A stretch of 64,000 nucleotides of DNA from Gemmatimonadales bacterium (GCA_035500495.1 DATJXC010000015.1:13439-77438), one strand, 5' to 3'. Numbered from the stretch's first letter, positions 18,132 to 28,110 are shown. Notes: a model not told the origin generated them from the letters alone. Numbers and translations: made by a program.

Positions 18132-18710
18132 TCAGCTGTTCGGAATCCCGGGAAGGAGGCTGTGGTAACCGCAGTTCCGGTCGACCAGCACTTCCAGATC
18201 GAGCCGACGCGCCGTGGTATCGATCGCCAGGACGTGCAGCTTTCCGTAGTAATAGAGCACGGTGCCGGTGATGCAGACCACCGGACGCGAGCGCATGATC
18301 GCCACCCCGCCCGAATCGAGCACCGTGGGCAGCGAATCCTGATAACCACCCAGGGGAGCGTTGGTGAGGAGGGAAAACTGACTCGAACTGGGGATGAAGC
18401 CGCTGCCGCGGGCGAGCCCCAGAACGTACGTCGGCAAGAAAATCGCCTTGCCGTCCGCCGTCAGATTGAAGGCGAAATCGAAACTGGTAGTGCGGTCGGT
18501 TCGCACGACCAGGTTCGAAAACAGATCGAACCCCGCCGGACGGTCCAACGGGAAGGTGTCGCCGTTCAGTGTATAGAGCGACACCGTATCCACGGTGTTG
18601 GCTTGAGTCGCCGCCGGCAGGCCGGTCGACGAACTGCAGGCCGCGGCGGCGACGAGAAGCAGGACGGCCGCCCGCTGCCCGCGGAGCACGATCGGCGACG
18701 AGGATCGCAT
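18132..18710 (-). CDS. hypothetical lipoprotein
   Basis: The signal peptide has a lipobox (…LLLVAAAAC|SSS). No family was recognised. An ATG at 18710 is preferred over the TTG at 18722 used in the ORF track. Confidence 0.55.
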   Translation of the reverse strand: MRSSSPIVLRGQRAAVLLLVAAAACSSSTGLPAATQANTVDTVSLYTLNGDTFPLDRPAGFDLFSNLVVRTDRTTSFDFAFNLTADGKAIFLPTYVLGLARGSGFIPSSSQFSLLTNAPLGGYQDSLPTVLDSGGVAIMRSRPVVCITGTVLYYYGKLHVLAIDTTARRLDLEVLVDRNCGYHSLLPGIPNS

Positions 18711-18764
18711 GGAGTGGCGCAAGATACCGAACCGCTCGCAAGTGGGTCAACCCACGGTGGCTGC

Positions 18765-18793
18765 TTGACTTCCACTCCAGCGAGTCCTACCTT
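18765..18793 (+). promoter_or_regulatory. candidate promoter TTGACT-17 nt-TACCTT, 9 nt upstream of the Roadblock ATG (leaderless-type)
   Basis: TTGACT lies at 18765..18770 and TACCTT at 18788..18793, with the ATG at 18803. There is no Shine-Dalgarno sequence in between. Confidence 0.35.
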
Positions 18794-18802
18794 CGCGCCC
18801 GT

Positions 18803-19156
18803 ATGCCGACCATCCGCGACCTGATCCAGGCGCTCGGTGCACGTGACGGCGTGGATGCCGTCGTAGTCGCGGGGCGCGACGGCCTACCGATCGACTCGCA
18901 TGCCGCCAACGGGATCGATCCCGAGAACCTGGCCGCCGTGCTGCCGGCCGTGATCAAAGGGATGCAGGAGCTCGGCTCGGCCGGTGCCCGCGGCGACTTC
19001 GGGACCGCCGTGCTGGAGTTCGGTCGCGGCCTCGCCGTCGTGTCCGTGCTCTCCGCCGATGCCCTGCTGATCATCCTGGTTCGGCCGTCCACCAACGTCG
19101 GGAGTCTGCTCTTCGATCTGCACCGCCATCGCTCGGCCATCGCCGGCCTGCTGTGA
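18803..19156 (+). CDS. Roadblock/LC7 (MglB-like) domain protein
   Basis: 117 aa. The sequence …GVDAVVVAGRDGLPIDSHA…DPENLAAVLPAV…G…AVLEFGRGLAVVSVL…ALLIILV… shows the Roadblock/LC7 pattern. The start is trimmed to ATG 18803. Confidence 0.75.
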   Translation: MPTIRDLIQALGARDGVDAVVVAGRDGLPIDSHAANGIDPENLAAVLPAVIKGMQELGSAGARGDFGTAVLEFGRGLAVVSVLSADALLIILVRPSTNVGSLLFDLHRHRSAIAGLL

Positions 19157-19168
19157 CGGACCGGGATC

Positions 19169-19570
19169 GTGCCTCCCCCGGGTCCCCTGCCTTTGCGTCA
19201 GATTCTTATCGTCGATGACGAGCCGCACATCGGGATGCTGTTGCGCCTGCAACTCGAGCAGCGTGGCTATACGCTTCGGCTCGCCCGCACCCTCGCGGAA
19301 GCCCGCGCCGCGCTGACCACCCCGCCCGATGCGCTGCTGCTCGACCTGCACCTGCCCGACGGCTCCGGTGTGGATCTGCTGCGCGAGCTGCGACAGGCAC
19401 CGGCCACGCGGACTCTCCCGATCATGGTGCTGACCGCCGAGGGAGAGGAGCGCGTGCTCGACGAGGCGCGCGGGCTGGGAGCATCGCTCGTGACCAAGCC
19501 GTTCAGCCCGACCAAGCTCACCCTCCAGATCCAAGCCTTGTTGGGGGACGCGCCGGAGGACGACCAGTGA
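19169..19570 (+). CDS. single-domain response regulator (CheY-like receiver)
   Basis: It has ILIVDDEP…, the phospho-acceptor context LLLDLHLPDGSG, and …LVTKPF. There is no output domain. Confidence 0.88.
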   Translation: MPPPGPLPLRQILIVDDEPHIGMLLRLQLEQRGYTLRLARTLAEARAALTTPPDALLLDLHLPDGSGVDLLRELRQAPATRTLPIMVLTAEGEERVLDEARGLGASLVTKPFSPTKLTLQIQALLGDAPEDDQ

Positions 19571-20577
19571 ACACCTGGGCCGCCATTCTCGCCGGCGGGT
19601 CCGGGACGCGGTTCTGGCCGCTTTCGACGCCCCAACGCCCGAAGCAGTTCTTGCCGCTCGCCGGGGACCGTCCGCTGCTGGTGCAAGCCGTGCAACGCCT
19701 CCAGGGCCTCGTGCCCCCCGAACGCGTGCTCATCCTTACCGGGCCGTTTCTGGTGGAGCAGGTCGCGGCACTCCTCCCCGAAGTGCCGCGCGCCCAGATC
19801 CTGGCCGAGCCTCGCGCCGCTTCGACGGCCCCCGCCCTGGCCTGGGCGGCACAGTGGATTGCGAAACGTGACCCCGGCGCGGCGCTGCTTTCGCTCCATG
19901 CCGATTGGGCCGTGCCGGACGGACCGGCGTTCCGCGCCTCCGCCGGCCGCGCCCTCCAGGTCGCGATGACGAGCGACGTCCTCGTGACGGTCGGGGTACG
20001 TCCCACGCGGAACGAAACCGGGTACGGCTACATCGTTCCGGGGACCAGGCTAGGGCGAGCCCGTCGGGTGGCGCGGTTCGTTGAGAAACCCAGTCCCGCG
20101 AGAGCGTCGCAGCTGCGACGGCGCGGTGCGCTGTGGAATACCGGGTTGTTCGCCTGGGGGGTAGACCGGTTCCTCACCGAAGTCCATGAACACGCCCGCG
20201 AGCTGCGGCCCGGCTGGGCCGCGCTGCAGGGGGGAGATGCGGCCACCTTCTTCGCCGCGGTCAAGCCGGCGGCCGTGGACATCGCCGTCCTCGAGCGCAC
20301 TCGCCGGCTGGCGGTCCTCTCCGGGACCTTCCGGTGGGACGACATCGGCTCCTGGGATGCGTTGTTGCGGATCCGCCGTGCGGACAGCCGGGGCAACGTG
20401 GTGGTCGGCAACGTGACCCTGGCGGACGACGTGCAGCGCTGCGTGCTGTGGGCGGAAGACGAGCATCTGGCGGTCACCGGCATTTCGGATACGATCGTCG
20501 TGCGCTCCGGCGGGCACACCCTCGTCATGCCGCTGGGCAACGCCGAGCGGCTCAAAGCGCTGGTGCAGCGGCTGTGA
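19567..20577 (+). CDS. manC: mannose-1-phosphate guanylyltransferase
   Basis: The N-terminus AAILAGGSGTRFWPLS….PKQFLPL is characteristic. At 336 aa it has no isomerase domain. There is a GTGA overlap with the receiver gene. Confidence 0.85.
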   Translation: MNTWAAILAGGSGTRFWPLSTPQRPKQFLPLAGDRPLLVQAVQRLQGLVPPERVLILTGPFLVEQVAALLPEVPRAQILAEPRAASTAPALAWAAQWIAKRDPGAALLSLHADWAVPDGPAFRASAGRALQVAMTSDVLVTVGVRPTRNETGYGYIVPGTRLGRARRVARFVEKPSPARASQLRRRGALWNTGLFAWGVDRFLTEVHEHARELRPGWAALQGGDAATFFAAVKPAAVDIAVLERTRRLAVLSGTFRWDDIGSWDALLRIRRADSRGNVVVGNVTLADDVQRCVLWAEDEHLAVTGISDTIVVRSGGHTLVMPLGNAERLKALVQRL

Positions 20578-21749
20578 GCCTAGCCTTGTATCTCCTCGAC
20601 CCCGACCCGGCCCCCGCGTGGGCGCCATTCTATGGCGTGCGACCCTTGTGCGAGCTGCGGGCCGGCGCGCACCTCGTGCGGGAGCGGTGGGAGACGTTCA
20701 TCGGCGCCGAGGTCCGCGAGATCTTCGCCCCCGCGCACCTCAGCGGATTCGCGGAGCCGGGGACGCCGCCCGTGACCGGCCGGCATGCCGTCTCCGGTCC
20801 GGCGGTCATCGGCTCGGCGACCTTCGCCCCGCGAGGCCTGGCGCCGGCCTTCCCCGCCGGCGTGCCCGTTCGACTCACCTGCCAGGGGATCACCGTCGGG
20901 TGGGCGGTGCCGGCAGGCGTGACGTGGGACGGCCCGACCGCCCAGGCCCAGATGGTTGAAGTCGCCGGTGTGGTGATGCACGGTGTGTTCGACCTGATCC
21001 CGGCCCTCGAGAAACTGCTGTTGGACGACGTGCGCGGGCTGCTTGGCGACAGCGATCCCGTACCCGAGGGTTGTACGCTGCTCGGGGATGCCTCATGGCT
21101 TGCCTTGCACGAAGCGGCGATCGAGCCGGGGGTCGTGTTCGACGTGAGGCACGGGCCGATCGTGTTGGACAGCGGAGTGGAAGTGCGGGCCGGGACTCGG
21201 CTCGAGGGGCCGCTCTGGGTGGGGGCGAACTCGAGAATCCTGGGTGGCGACATCCGCATCAGCGCCATCGGCCCGCGTTGCAACGTGCGCGGCGAGGTGG
21301 CCTCCTCGGTCTTCCTGGGCTATGCCAACAAAGGCCATGACGGCTTCGTCGGCCACTCAGTCATCGGCCGCTGGGCAAATCTGGGCGCGGGGACCGTGAC
21401 CTCGGACCTCAAGAACACCTATGGGACGGTCCGACTCGACATCGCGGGCAAATCGATCGAGACCGGCCTCCAGTTCCTCGGCAGTCTCGTGGGCGATCAC
21501 GTCAAGACGGCGATCGGGACATTGCTCGGGACCGGCACGGTGCTCGGTGCCGGGGCGAACGTGTTCGACGGCGTGCGGGCGCCCAAGTTTGTCCCCCCCT
21601 TCGCCTGGGGAGGCATTGCGGGGACCGCTCGCATGGCGAAGGACGGGTTCCTGAAGACCGCGGCCCGGGTGATGCCGCGGCGAGACGAGGATCTGACGGA
21701 GGCGATGCGGGCCGTGCTCGGCCGGGTCTACGACTGGGCGACGCGGTGA
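20574..21749 (+). CDS. putative sugar nucleotidyltransferase with C-terminal left-handed beta-helix (hexapeptide) domain
   Basis: The N-terminus …LYLLDPD…W.PF..VRPLCELRAG.HLVRERW… resembles the NTP_transf_4 type. The C-terminus has hexapeptide repeats (…VGHSVIGRWANLGAGTVTSDLKN…). GTG 20574 overlaps the manC stop. Confidence 0.7.
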   Translation: MSLALYLLDPDPAPAWAPFYGVRPLCELRAGAHLVRERWETFIGAEVREIFAPAHLSGFAEPGTPPVTGRHAVSGPAVIGSATFAPRGLAPAFPAGVPVRLTCQGITVGWAVPAGVTWDGPTAQAQMVEVAGVVMHGVFDLIPALEKLLLDDVRGLLGDSDPVPEGCTLLGDASWLALHEAAIEPGVVFDVRHGPIVLDSGVEVRAGTRLEGPLWVGANSRILGGDIRISAIGPRCNVRGEVASSVFLGYANKGHDGFVGHSVIGRWANLGAGTVTSDLKNTYGTVRLDIAGKSIETGLQFLGSLVGDHVKTAIGTLLGTGTVLGAGANVFDGVRAPKFVPPFAWGGIAGTARMAKDGFLKTAARVMPRRDEDLTEAMRAVLGRVYDWATR

Positions 21750-21755
21750 GCGGCG

Positions 21756-22151
21756 CTACCACGCCCGCGCGTTAGGGGGCGGCGGTTCCGGCACCTTCAG
21801 CGTGTCGGGTTTGGGGGTCGGCGGCCCGACCCGATGGAGCGTGACCGGTTTGTCGAGATCCCCGCCGGAGATGGTCAACTTGTCGCCGGTGACCTTCATC
21901 CCATAGACGTTCCACACGCCGTCGCCGACGGTGAACCAGACGCTGTCGCCAACGATGCGCCACCGGGCCACCTGCTCGCCGAATTGCGCCGAGCTGTCGG
22001 CCCGGACCACGATCAAGCGCGGCCCGTCTTCGGTCTTCGCCTCCCATTTGCCTTCGAGCTTCGGCGGGACGGATCGCGATTGCGCCGGGAGCGCACCCGC
22101 CCACAGCCCGAACCCCAGCGCCACAGTGACCCGTGTGTTCATGAGCATCAA
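21756..22151 (-). CDS. hypothetical secreted protein
   Basis: 131 aa with a signal peptide (…GFGLWAGALPAQS). No family was recognised. Confidence 0.5.
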   Translation of the reverse strand: MMLMNTRVTVALGFGLWAGALPAQSRSVPPKLEGKWEAKTEDGPRLIVVRADSSAQFGEQVARWRIVGDSVWFTVGDGVWNVYGMKVTGDKLTISGGDLDKPVTLHRVGPPTPKPDTLKVPEPPPPNARAW

Positions 22152-22172
22152 TGAGAACGTGATAGCCGCAAT

Positions 22173-23396
22173 CTAAGCGGAGGGCACGCCGGAGGGCGCC
22201 GGATCGGACGGGGCCAGCGTCGAGGGGAGCGGCACCGCTGCCTGCTCATCCTGGAGCACGGCAACCTGGGATTCCCACTTCCGCATCATCTCGACGAATG
22301 GTCGCACCAGCTCCGGATCGAACTCCATTCCCGCCCGGCCCTCGAGATACGGGAGCACCTGCTCCACGGGCCAGGCATCGCGATACGGGCGCCGCGTGCG
22401 CAGCGCATCGTACACGTCGCAGACGTGGACCAGGTTGCTCGCGTGGTGACAGGAGCGCTGGAACATCAGTCGCGGGTAACCACCACCATTCAGCATGATG
22501 TGGTGCTCGTAGGCCACCACGGCCGCAAGATCCAGTTCTTCCTCGCTCTCCAGAATGATGCGCGCTCCCTCCGCCGGGTGGCGGTTCATCATGACCCGCT
22601 CGTCGGGCGTCAGTTTGCCCGACTTCGTAAGCACCTCGATCGGAATCCGGACCTTGCCGAGGTCGTGCAGGAGACCCGCGACCCCGAACGCCCGCGCGTC
22701 GGCGGCGCCCATGCCGACGTACTCGGCGAGCGCCATCGAGAGCACCGACACGTTGAGCGAATGCGTCGTGGTGTACTGGTCGAATTCCTTGAGCTGCAGC
22801 AACGGCATGATCATCTGCCGGTCGCTGTGCATGGCGACCGAAAGCGAGCGGACGACCGCCTCGGCCTCGGCGAGCGGGAGTGTGGTTCGCGCCTTCACCT
22901 CTTCGTGCATCCAGCGGATCGTCTCCGCTTCCTCTCCCAGGGAGAAGCTGATCGTCGCGGTAGGCAATGCGCCGCCTTCCCCCAGCTGGGAATCACCCTT
23001 CACCCCGACGGGGCCGAATTTGATGCTGGTGCGCTTGAATTGCCGGGCCTCCGACGTGTCGACCCCGGCGATCGTGAGCATGGCCAGGGCATGCTCCAGG
23101 AACTCCTCGAAATCCTCGCGCGTCACGTTTTCTTCGAACTCGAGCCGCTGAATCCCCGCGTTGGCGAGGCGGCCGGACCAGTCCCACGCGCGCAGCTCGC
23201 GCAACGGTACTTTGCCGAACACGACCTCGTCTCCGAGGAATGTGAAACTGGGACTGGCGGTGTGCTTCTGCAGCTCGGTCAGGTCCTGGTATGCGGCGTC
23301 GATGGCGCGACCCCGCGCCGGGTGCCCGTCCCGATACAACGACATCGCGGACAGGGCCTGCGCGAAGCTCGACAGGAACCGGATCGGTTCGCTCAT
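22173..23396 (-). CDS. HD-GYP domain phosphodiesterase (c-di-GMP hydrolase family) with an unassigned N-terminal domain
   Basis: The HD-GYP signature is present: …HSLNVS…, …LLHDLGKVRIP…, …RHP..G… and …YEHHIMLNGGGYPR…. The first ~105 aa belong to the 'LYRDGHP' module. Confidence 0.88.
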   Translation of the reverse strand: MSEPIRFLSSFAQALSAMSLYRDGHPARGRAIDAAYQDLTELQKHTASPSFTFLGDEVVFGKVPLRELRAWDWSGRLANAGIQRLEFEENVTREDFEEFLEHALAMLTIAGVDTSEARQFKRTSIKFGPVGVKGDSQLGEGGALPTATISFSLGEEAETIRWMHEEVKARTTLPLAEAEAVVRSLSVAMHSDRQMIMPLLQLKEFDQYTTTHSLNVSVLSMALAEYVGMGAADARAFGVAGLLHDLGKVRIPIEVLTKSGKLTPDERVMMNRHPAEGARIILESEEELDLAAVVAYEHHIMLNGGGYPRLMFQRSCHHASNLVHVCDVYDALRTRRPYRDAWPVEQVLPYLEGRAGMEFDPELVRPFVEMMRKWESQVAVLQDEQAAVPLPSTLAPSDPAPSGVPSA

Positions 23397-25474
23397 TTCT
23401 GGCGGCTCCCCGGATCCGTCGCGGCGCGAATGTCCGCGTCATTGGATACCGCAGCCCGCGCCAGGATGGCCGTGGCGCGCGGCTCGTCCCCCCACCCCGA
23501 CGCCAGCGCCGAAAGCGCCGCCACCAGGATCGCGGACTTGGCTGGGAACTTGTGGCGCCCGAAGAAGGTGCGCCCGCCGTCGGTCAACCTGAGCAGGAGC
23601 TCGAGGGCCTCCGGAGGGCGGGCCTCGGCCGCGCCGAGCACGCGGATGGCCTGGAGCCGGACGTCCTGCGCCACACGCGGATTCTGGACCAATCTCAGCA
23701 CGAGCGGCACGGCATCCGCCGGCAGGCTGCGCCCTGAGGCGATGAGCGCCGTCCGCACCAATCGCCCGTCGGTATCACCCAGGGCCTTGGCGATGCCCGC
23801 GTCCCGCTCGGCCGGCAGTTTCAGCGCCAGCTTGAACGCCTCGAGCCGCACCCGCACATCAGGATCGGACAGGTGTGGAAGGGCTGAAAATTCGTCCGGC
23901 AACTCGGGGAAGGCGTCGAGCAGGGCCAACAGGTTGCGCCGGACGTACCACCGCTCATCGGCCAGCCGGGCGGCGATGAAGGGTCCGATCCCCGTGCCCA
24001 GACGCAGCAACCGCTCGAGCGCCGCCCGCCGCGTGGTGCGCGATTCGGCATCGGCCAAGGCATCGAGCAAGGGATCGGCGACCGCCTGGCCCACGCGTGG
24101 CAGCAGCCGATCGAACAGCGCGAAATCCACGGGCTCGACGGCCAACACCCACCGTGCGGTGTCCGGGCTCGCGGCCCGCTCCCACAATGCCCGCAGGGTG
24201 TCGGTTTCCGTCGGCACGTTCTCCAGTAGATCCAACAACTGGCTCAGCCGTCCCGTATCGACCAGCTGGGCGCAGGCCCGCCACACGTTGGGTCCGACGG
24301 CGTCCACCTCGAGACTCATCTGCACCACGCGCTCAGGCTCAAGCGGATGTTGCTGGTCGGCAGCCACGGCGAACATGGGAGCCGCGCGCGACATCCGGCG
24401 CAGCGCGCCCCCATACCCGGTGGGGTTCGGATCCTCGAGATTCCACCCCGACAGAAGCGCTTTCACCTGGTCGCGCAGCGCCACGTCCGCCAGCGGTCGC
24501 GCCATCGGGGCCCCCTGCTCCGCATGGGCCGCCATCTTGGACAGCATCCGCATCAGGGAATGGGACACCGAGTTCTCGGTCGATTCCGAGACGGCCTTCA
24601 CCACCTCGAGGACGGCGTCTACGGCCATCCCGCTCGCCGCGTCGAACGCAAACTTGCGACGCTGCGCAGCATCCCCACCCATGTCGAGCAGACGCTTGAG
24701 CGTTTCCTCACGCATTCCGGCGAGCAGGCGTGACGTGCGTCGGCGCAGCTCGAGCGCCTCGGCCCCTCCCGCGGTCTTCAGCTCCTCCGCGATCTGCAGC
24801 AGGTATCCGACGATCACCTGGTCGTATGCTTCGCCGCGCGCATGGGCGTCGATCGCCTGCGCGATCACCGCCGGAGTGGAGGGTGGATCCTCGTCCTCCT
24901 TGATCTGTCCGGCCAAGGCGGCCCGAGCGAGTCCGACCCACAACCGGGCCCCGCGGACGCGTTCGTCGGTCATCGGATCGCCTTCCGGGCCCTTCTCGCC
25001 CCGCTCGTTGAGCATCTCGAGCCGGTCGTACGACAGCGAGTGGAGCCGGATGTGCTCCCAAGCCTCGAGCTGTGCCTTGGGCCCCAACCCGAGCGGCTGC
25101 CCGCTGCGGTCGGCCTCCTGCGCCAAGACCCGCAGGGCATCCAGCACCTCCGCGACTCCGAGACCCCGCGAGAAGGTGATGGCGGCGAGATGGTGACGGT
25201 GCAGACGCCCCGCGAGCTCGCTCAGCACGGGGTGTTTGGGGTCGGTCGCGACACCCTCGATGACCAGCTGATCCCGCGCCACACCGAGGGAGACGGTGGG
25301 GCGATCTTGCAGCAGCCGGGCCGCTCGACGCACGACCCCCCCGGCCGCTGGGGCGAGGGAGGGGTGCCCATCGGGATACATGGAGTGCTTGTGCAATGCG
25401 ATGGAGAGCTCAATCAGGAATTCACTGAGCTCTCGGGAAAGGGCGGCACGCTCGGGAACCACAGGCGTGGTCAC
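23393..25474 (-). CDS. HEAT-repeat protein with N-terminal 'MYPDGHP' module
   Basis: 693 aa. The C-terminal third has HEAT/PBS-lyase-like repeats (…DPDVRVRLEAFKLALKL…, …DTDGRLVRTALIA…, …NPRVAQDVRLQAIRVLG…). The stop overlaps the HD-GYP start (ATGA). Confidence 0.7.
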   Translation of the reverse strand: MTTPVVPERAALSRELSEFLIELSIALHKHSMYPDGHPSLAPAAGGVVRRAARLLQDRPTVSLGVARDQLVIEGVATDPKHPVLSELAGRLHRHHLAAITFSRGLGVAEVLDALRVLAQEADRSGQPLGLGPKAQLEAWEHIRLHSLSYDRLEMLNERGEKGPEGDPMTDERVRGARLWVGLARAALAGQIKEDEDPPSTPAVIAQAIDAHARGEAYDQVIVGYLLQIAEELKTAGGAEALELRRRTSRLLAGMREETLKRLLDMGGDAAQRRKFAFDAASGMAVDAVLEVVKAVSESTENSVSHSLMRMLSKMAAHAEQGAPMARPLADVALRDQVKALLSGWNLEDPNPTGYGGALRRMSRAAPMFAVAADQQHPLEPERVVQMSLEVDAVGPNVWRACAQLVDTGRLSQLLDLLENVPTETDTLRALWERAASPDTARWVLAVEPVDFALFDRLLPRVGQAVADPLLDALADAESRTTRRAALERLLRLGTGIGPFIAARLADERWYVRRNLLALLDAFPELPDEFSALPHLSDPDVRVRLEAFKLALKLPAERDAGIAKALGDTDGRLVRTALIASGRSLPADAVPLVLRLVQNPRVAQDVRLQAIRVLGAAEARPPEALELLLRLTDGGRTFFGRHKFPAKSAILVAALSALASGWGDEPRATAILARAAVSNDADIRAATDPGSRQK

Positions 25475-25546
25475 GGTCCTAACATACTATGGGATTGGGG
25501 GATAACCCGAAAGACACCCGCTCCGGGACCGGGCCCCGCGAGGGTG

Positions 25547-25578
25547 AAAAAGGCCCCCCGGAACCCTCCCGGGGGGCC
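25547..25578 (-). terminator. groEL intrinsic terminator
   Basis: The minus strand reads GGCCCCCCGGgagggttCCGGGGGGCC followed by TTTTT. It lies 40 nt downstream of the groEL stop. Confidence 0.8.
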
Positions 25579-25617
25579 TTCTTCATAATTCAGAACGACT
25601 ATTGGGCGTCTGGCTGC

Positions 25618-27252
<1,635 letters not shown>

Positions 27253-27267
27253 CTATGCCTCCCTCGC

Positions 27268-27576
27268 TCAGCTGAGCTTCGCGATGACGTCGGATTCTTT
27301 GATCAGGATGATCTCTTCCCCGTCCAGCTCGACCTGCGTGCCGCTGTATTTGCCGTACACCACGCGGTCGCCCACCTTGAGCTCCATCGGCACCAAATCC
27401 TGCTTCTCCCGGCGGCCGGGGCCCACGGCGATCACTTCGCCCTGGATCGGCTTCTCTTTGGCGGTATCCGGGATGTACAGCCCGCCCTTCATCGTCTCGG
27501 TCTCCTCCATCGGCCGGATCGCCACGCGATCCGCCAACGGCATGACCTTGACCTTTGCCTTTGTCGCCGTCGCCAT
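27268..27576 (-). CDS. groES: co-chaperonin GroES
   Basis: 102 aa. It contains …[35 protein letters not shown]… and lies directly upstream of groEL. Confidence 0.97.
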   Translation of the reverse strand: MATATKAKVKVMPLADRVAIRPMEETETMKGGLYIPDTAKEKPIQGEVIAVGPGRREKQDLVPMELKVGDRVVYGKYSGTQVELDGEEIILIKESDVIAKLS

Positions 27577-27628
27577 GTGCTACCTCCACTCCTGGTCGTA
27601 GAGCCTAAGTCGTTACAGACAAATGGTA

Positions 27629-27655
27629 TTAGCACTCTAGAATGATGAGTGCCAG
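27629..27655 (-). promoter_or_regulatory. CIRCE operator (HrcA binding site) upstream of groES
   Basis: The plus strand reads TTAGCACTC-tagaatgat-GAGTGCCAG, against the consensus TTAGCACTC-N9-GAGTGCTAA. One arm is perfect and the other has 7 of 9 matches. It lies 53 nt upstream of the groES ATG. Confidence 0.85.
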
Positions 27656-27664
27656 AAACTGCCC

Positions 27665-27694
27665 AAATGTGTCCAGGCCTGGCAGGCAAGTCAA
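27665..27694 (-). promoter_or_regulatory. candidate groESL promoter TTGACT-17 nt-CACATT
   Basis: The minus strand has TTGACT (27694..27689), a 17-nt spacer and CACATT (27670..27665). CIRCE begins about 10 nt downstream, the usual geometry. The -10 element is weak. Confidence 0.35.
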
Positions 27695-27702
27695 GGGGTC
27701 GT

Positions 27703-28110
27703 CTAGGGGGAGCGCAGACCGAGAGAATCGAGCAGGGCCCGGGCGCGCACCGAGGCTCCCGGCCCAATCGAATCGAGGGCAAGACGGGCTTCCCCCACCA
27801 CCCCCACCCGGCGGGTATCGGTCAGCTGCACCAGGAGGTACCCGGCTCCGCCCGAGGTCCCGGGCGCAGCGGCCTCGTGAAAGTGCATGACGACGAGGGT
27901 CGGTGTTTCTCCGCCCCGAACCTGCCGGCGGACCGTGAGGTGCGCCTCCCGCAACGCTACCGCCAGCGCCTCGTCGAGCGAATCCGAGCCCAGGATCAGG
28001 TACTCGTAGTCACGCAGAGACGACGGGGCGCGCACCATCCCGGCGGTGGAGCAGGCCATCCAAGTTCCAGCCACCAGCGCCAGCATGATTCGCCCCGGCC
28101 AGCGGATCAC
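27703..28110 (-). CDS. hypothetical lipoprotein
   Basis: 135 aa with a signal and lipobox-like sequence (…ALVAGTWMAC|S). The GTG start overlaps the NlpC/P60 stop (GTGA). Confidence 0.5.
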   Translation of the reverse strand: MIRWPGRIMLALVAGTWMACSTAGMVRAPSSLRDYEYLILGSDSLDEALAVALREAHLTVRRQVRGGETPTLVVMHFHEAAAPGTSGGAGYLLVQLTDTRRVGVVGEARLALDSIGPGASVRARALLDSLGLRSP

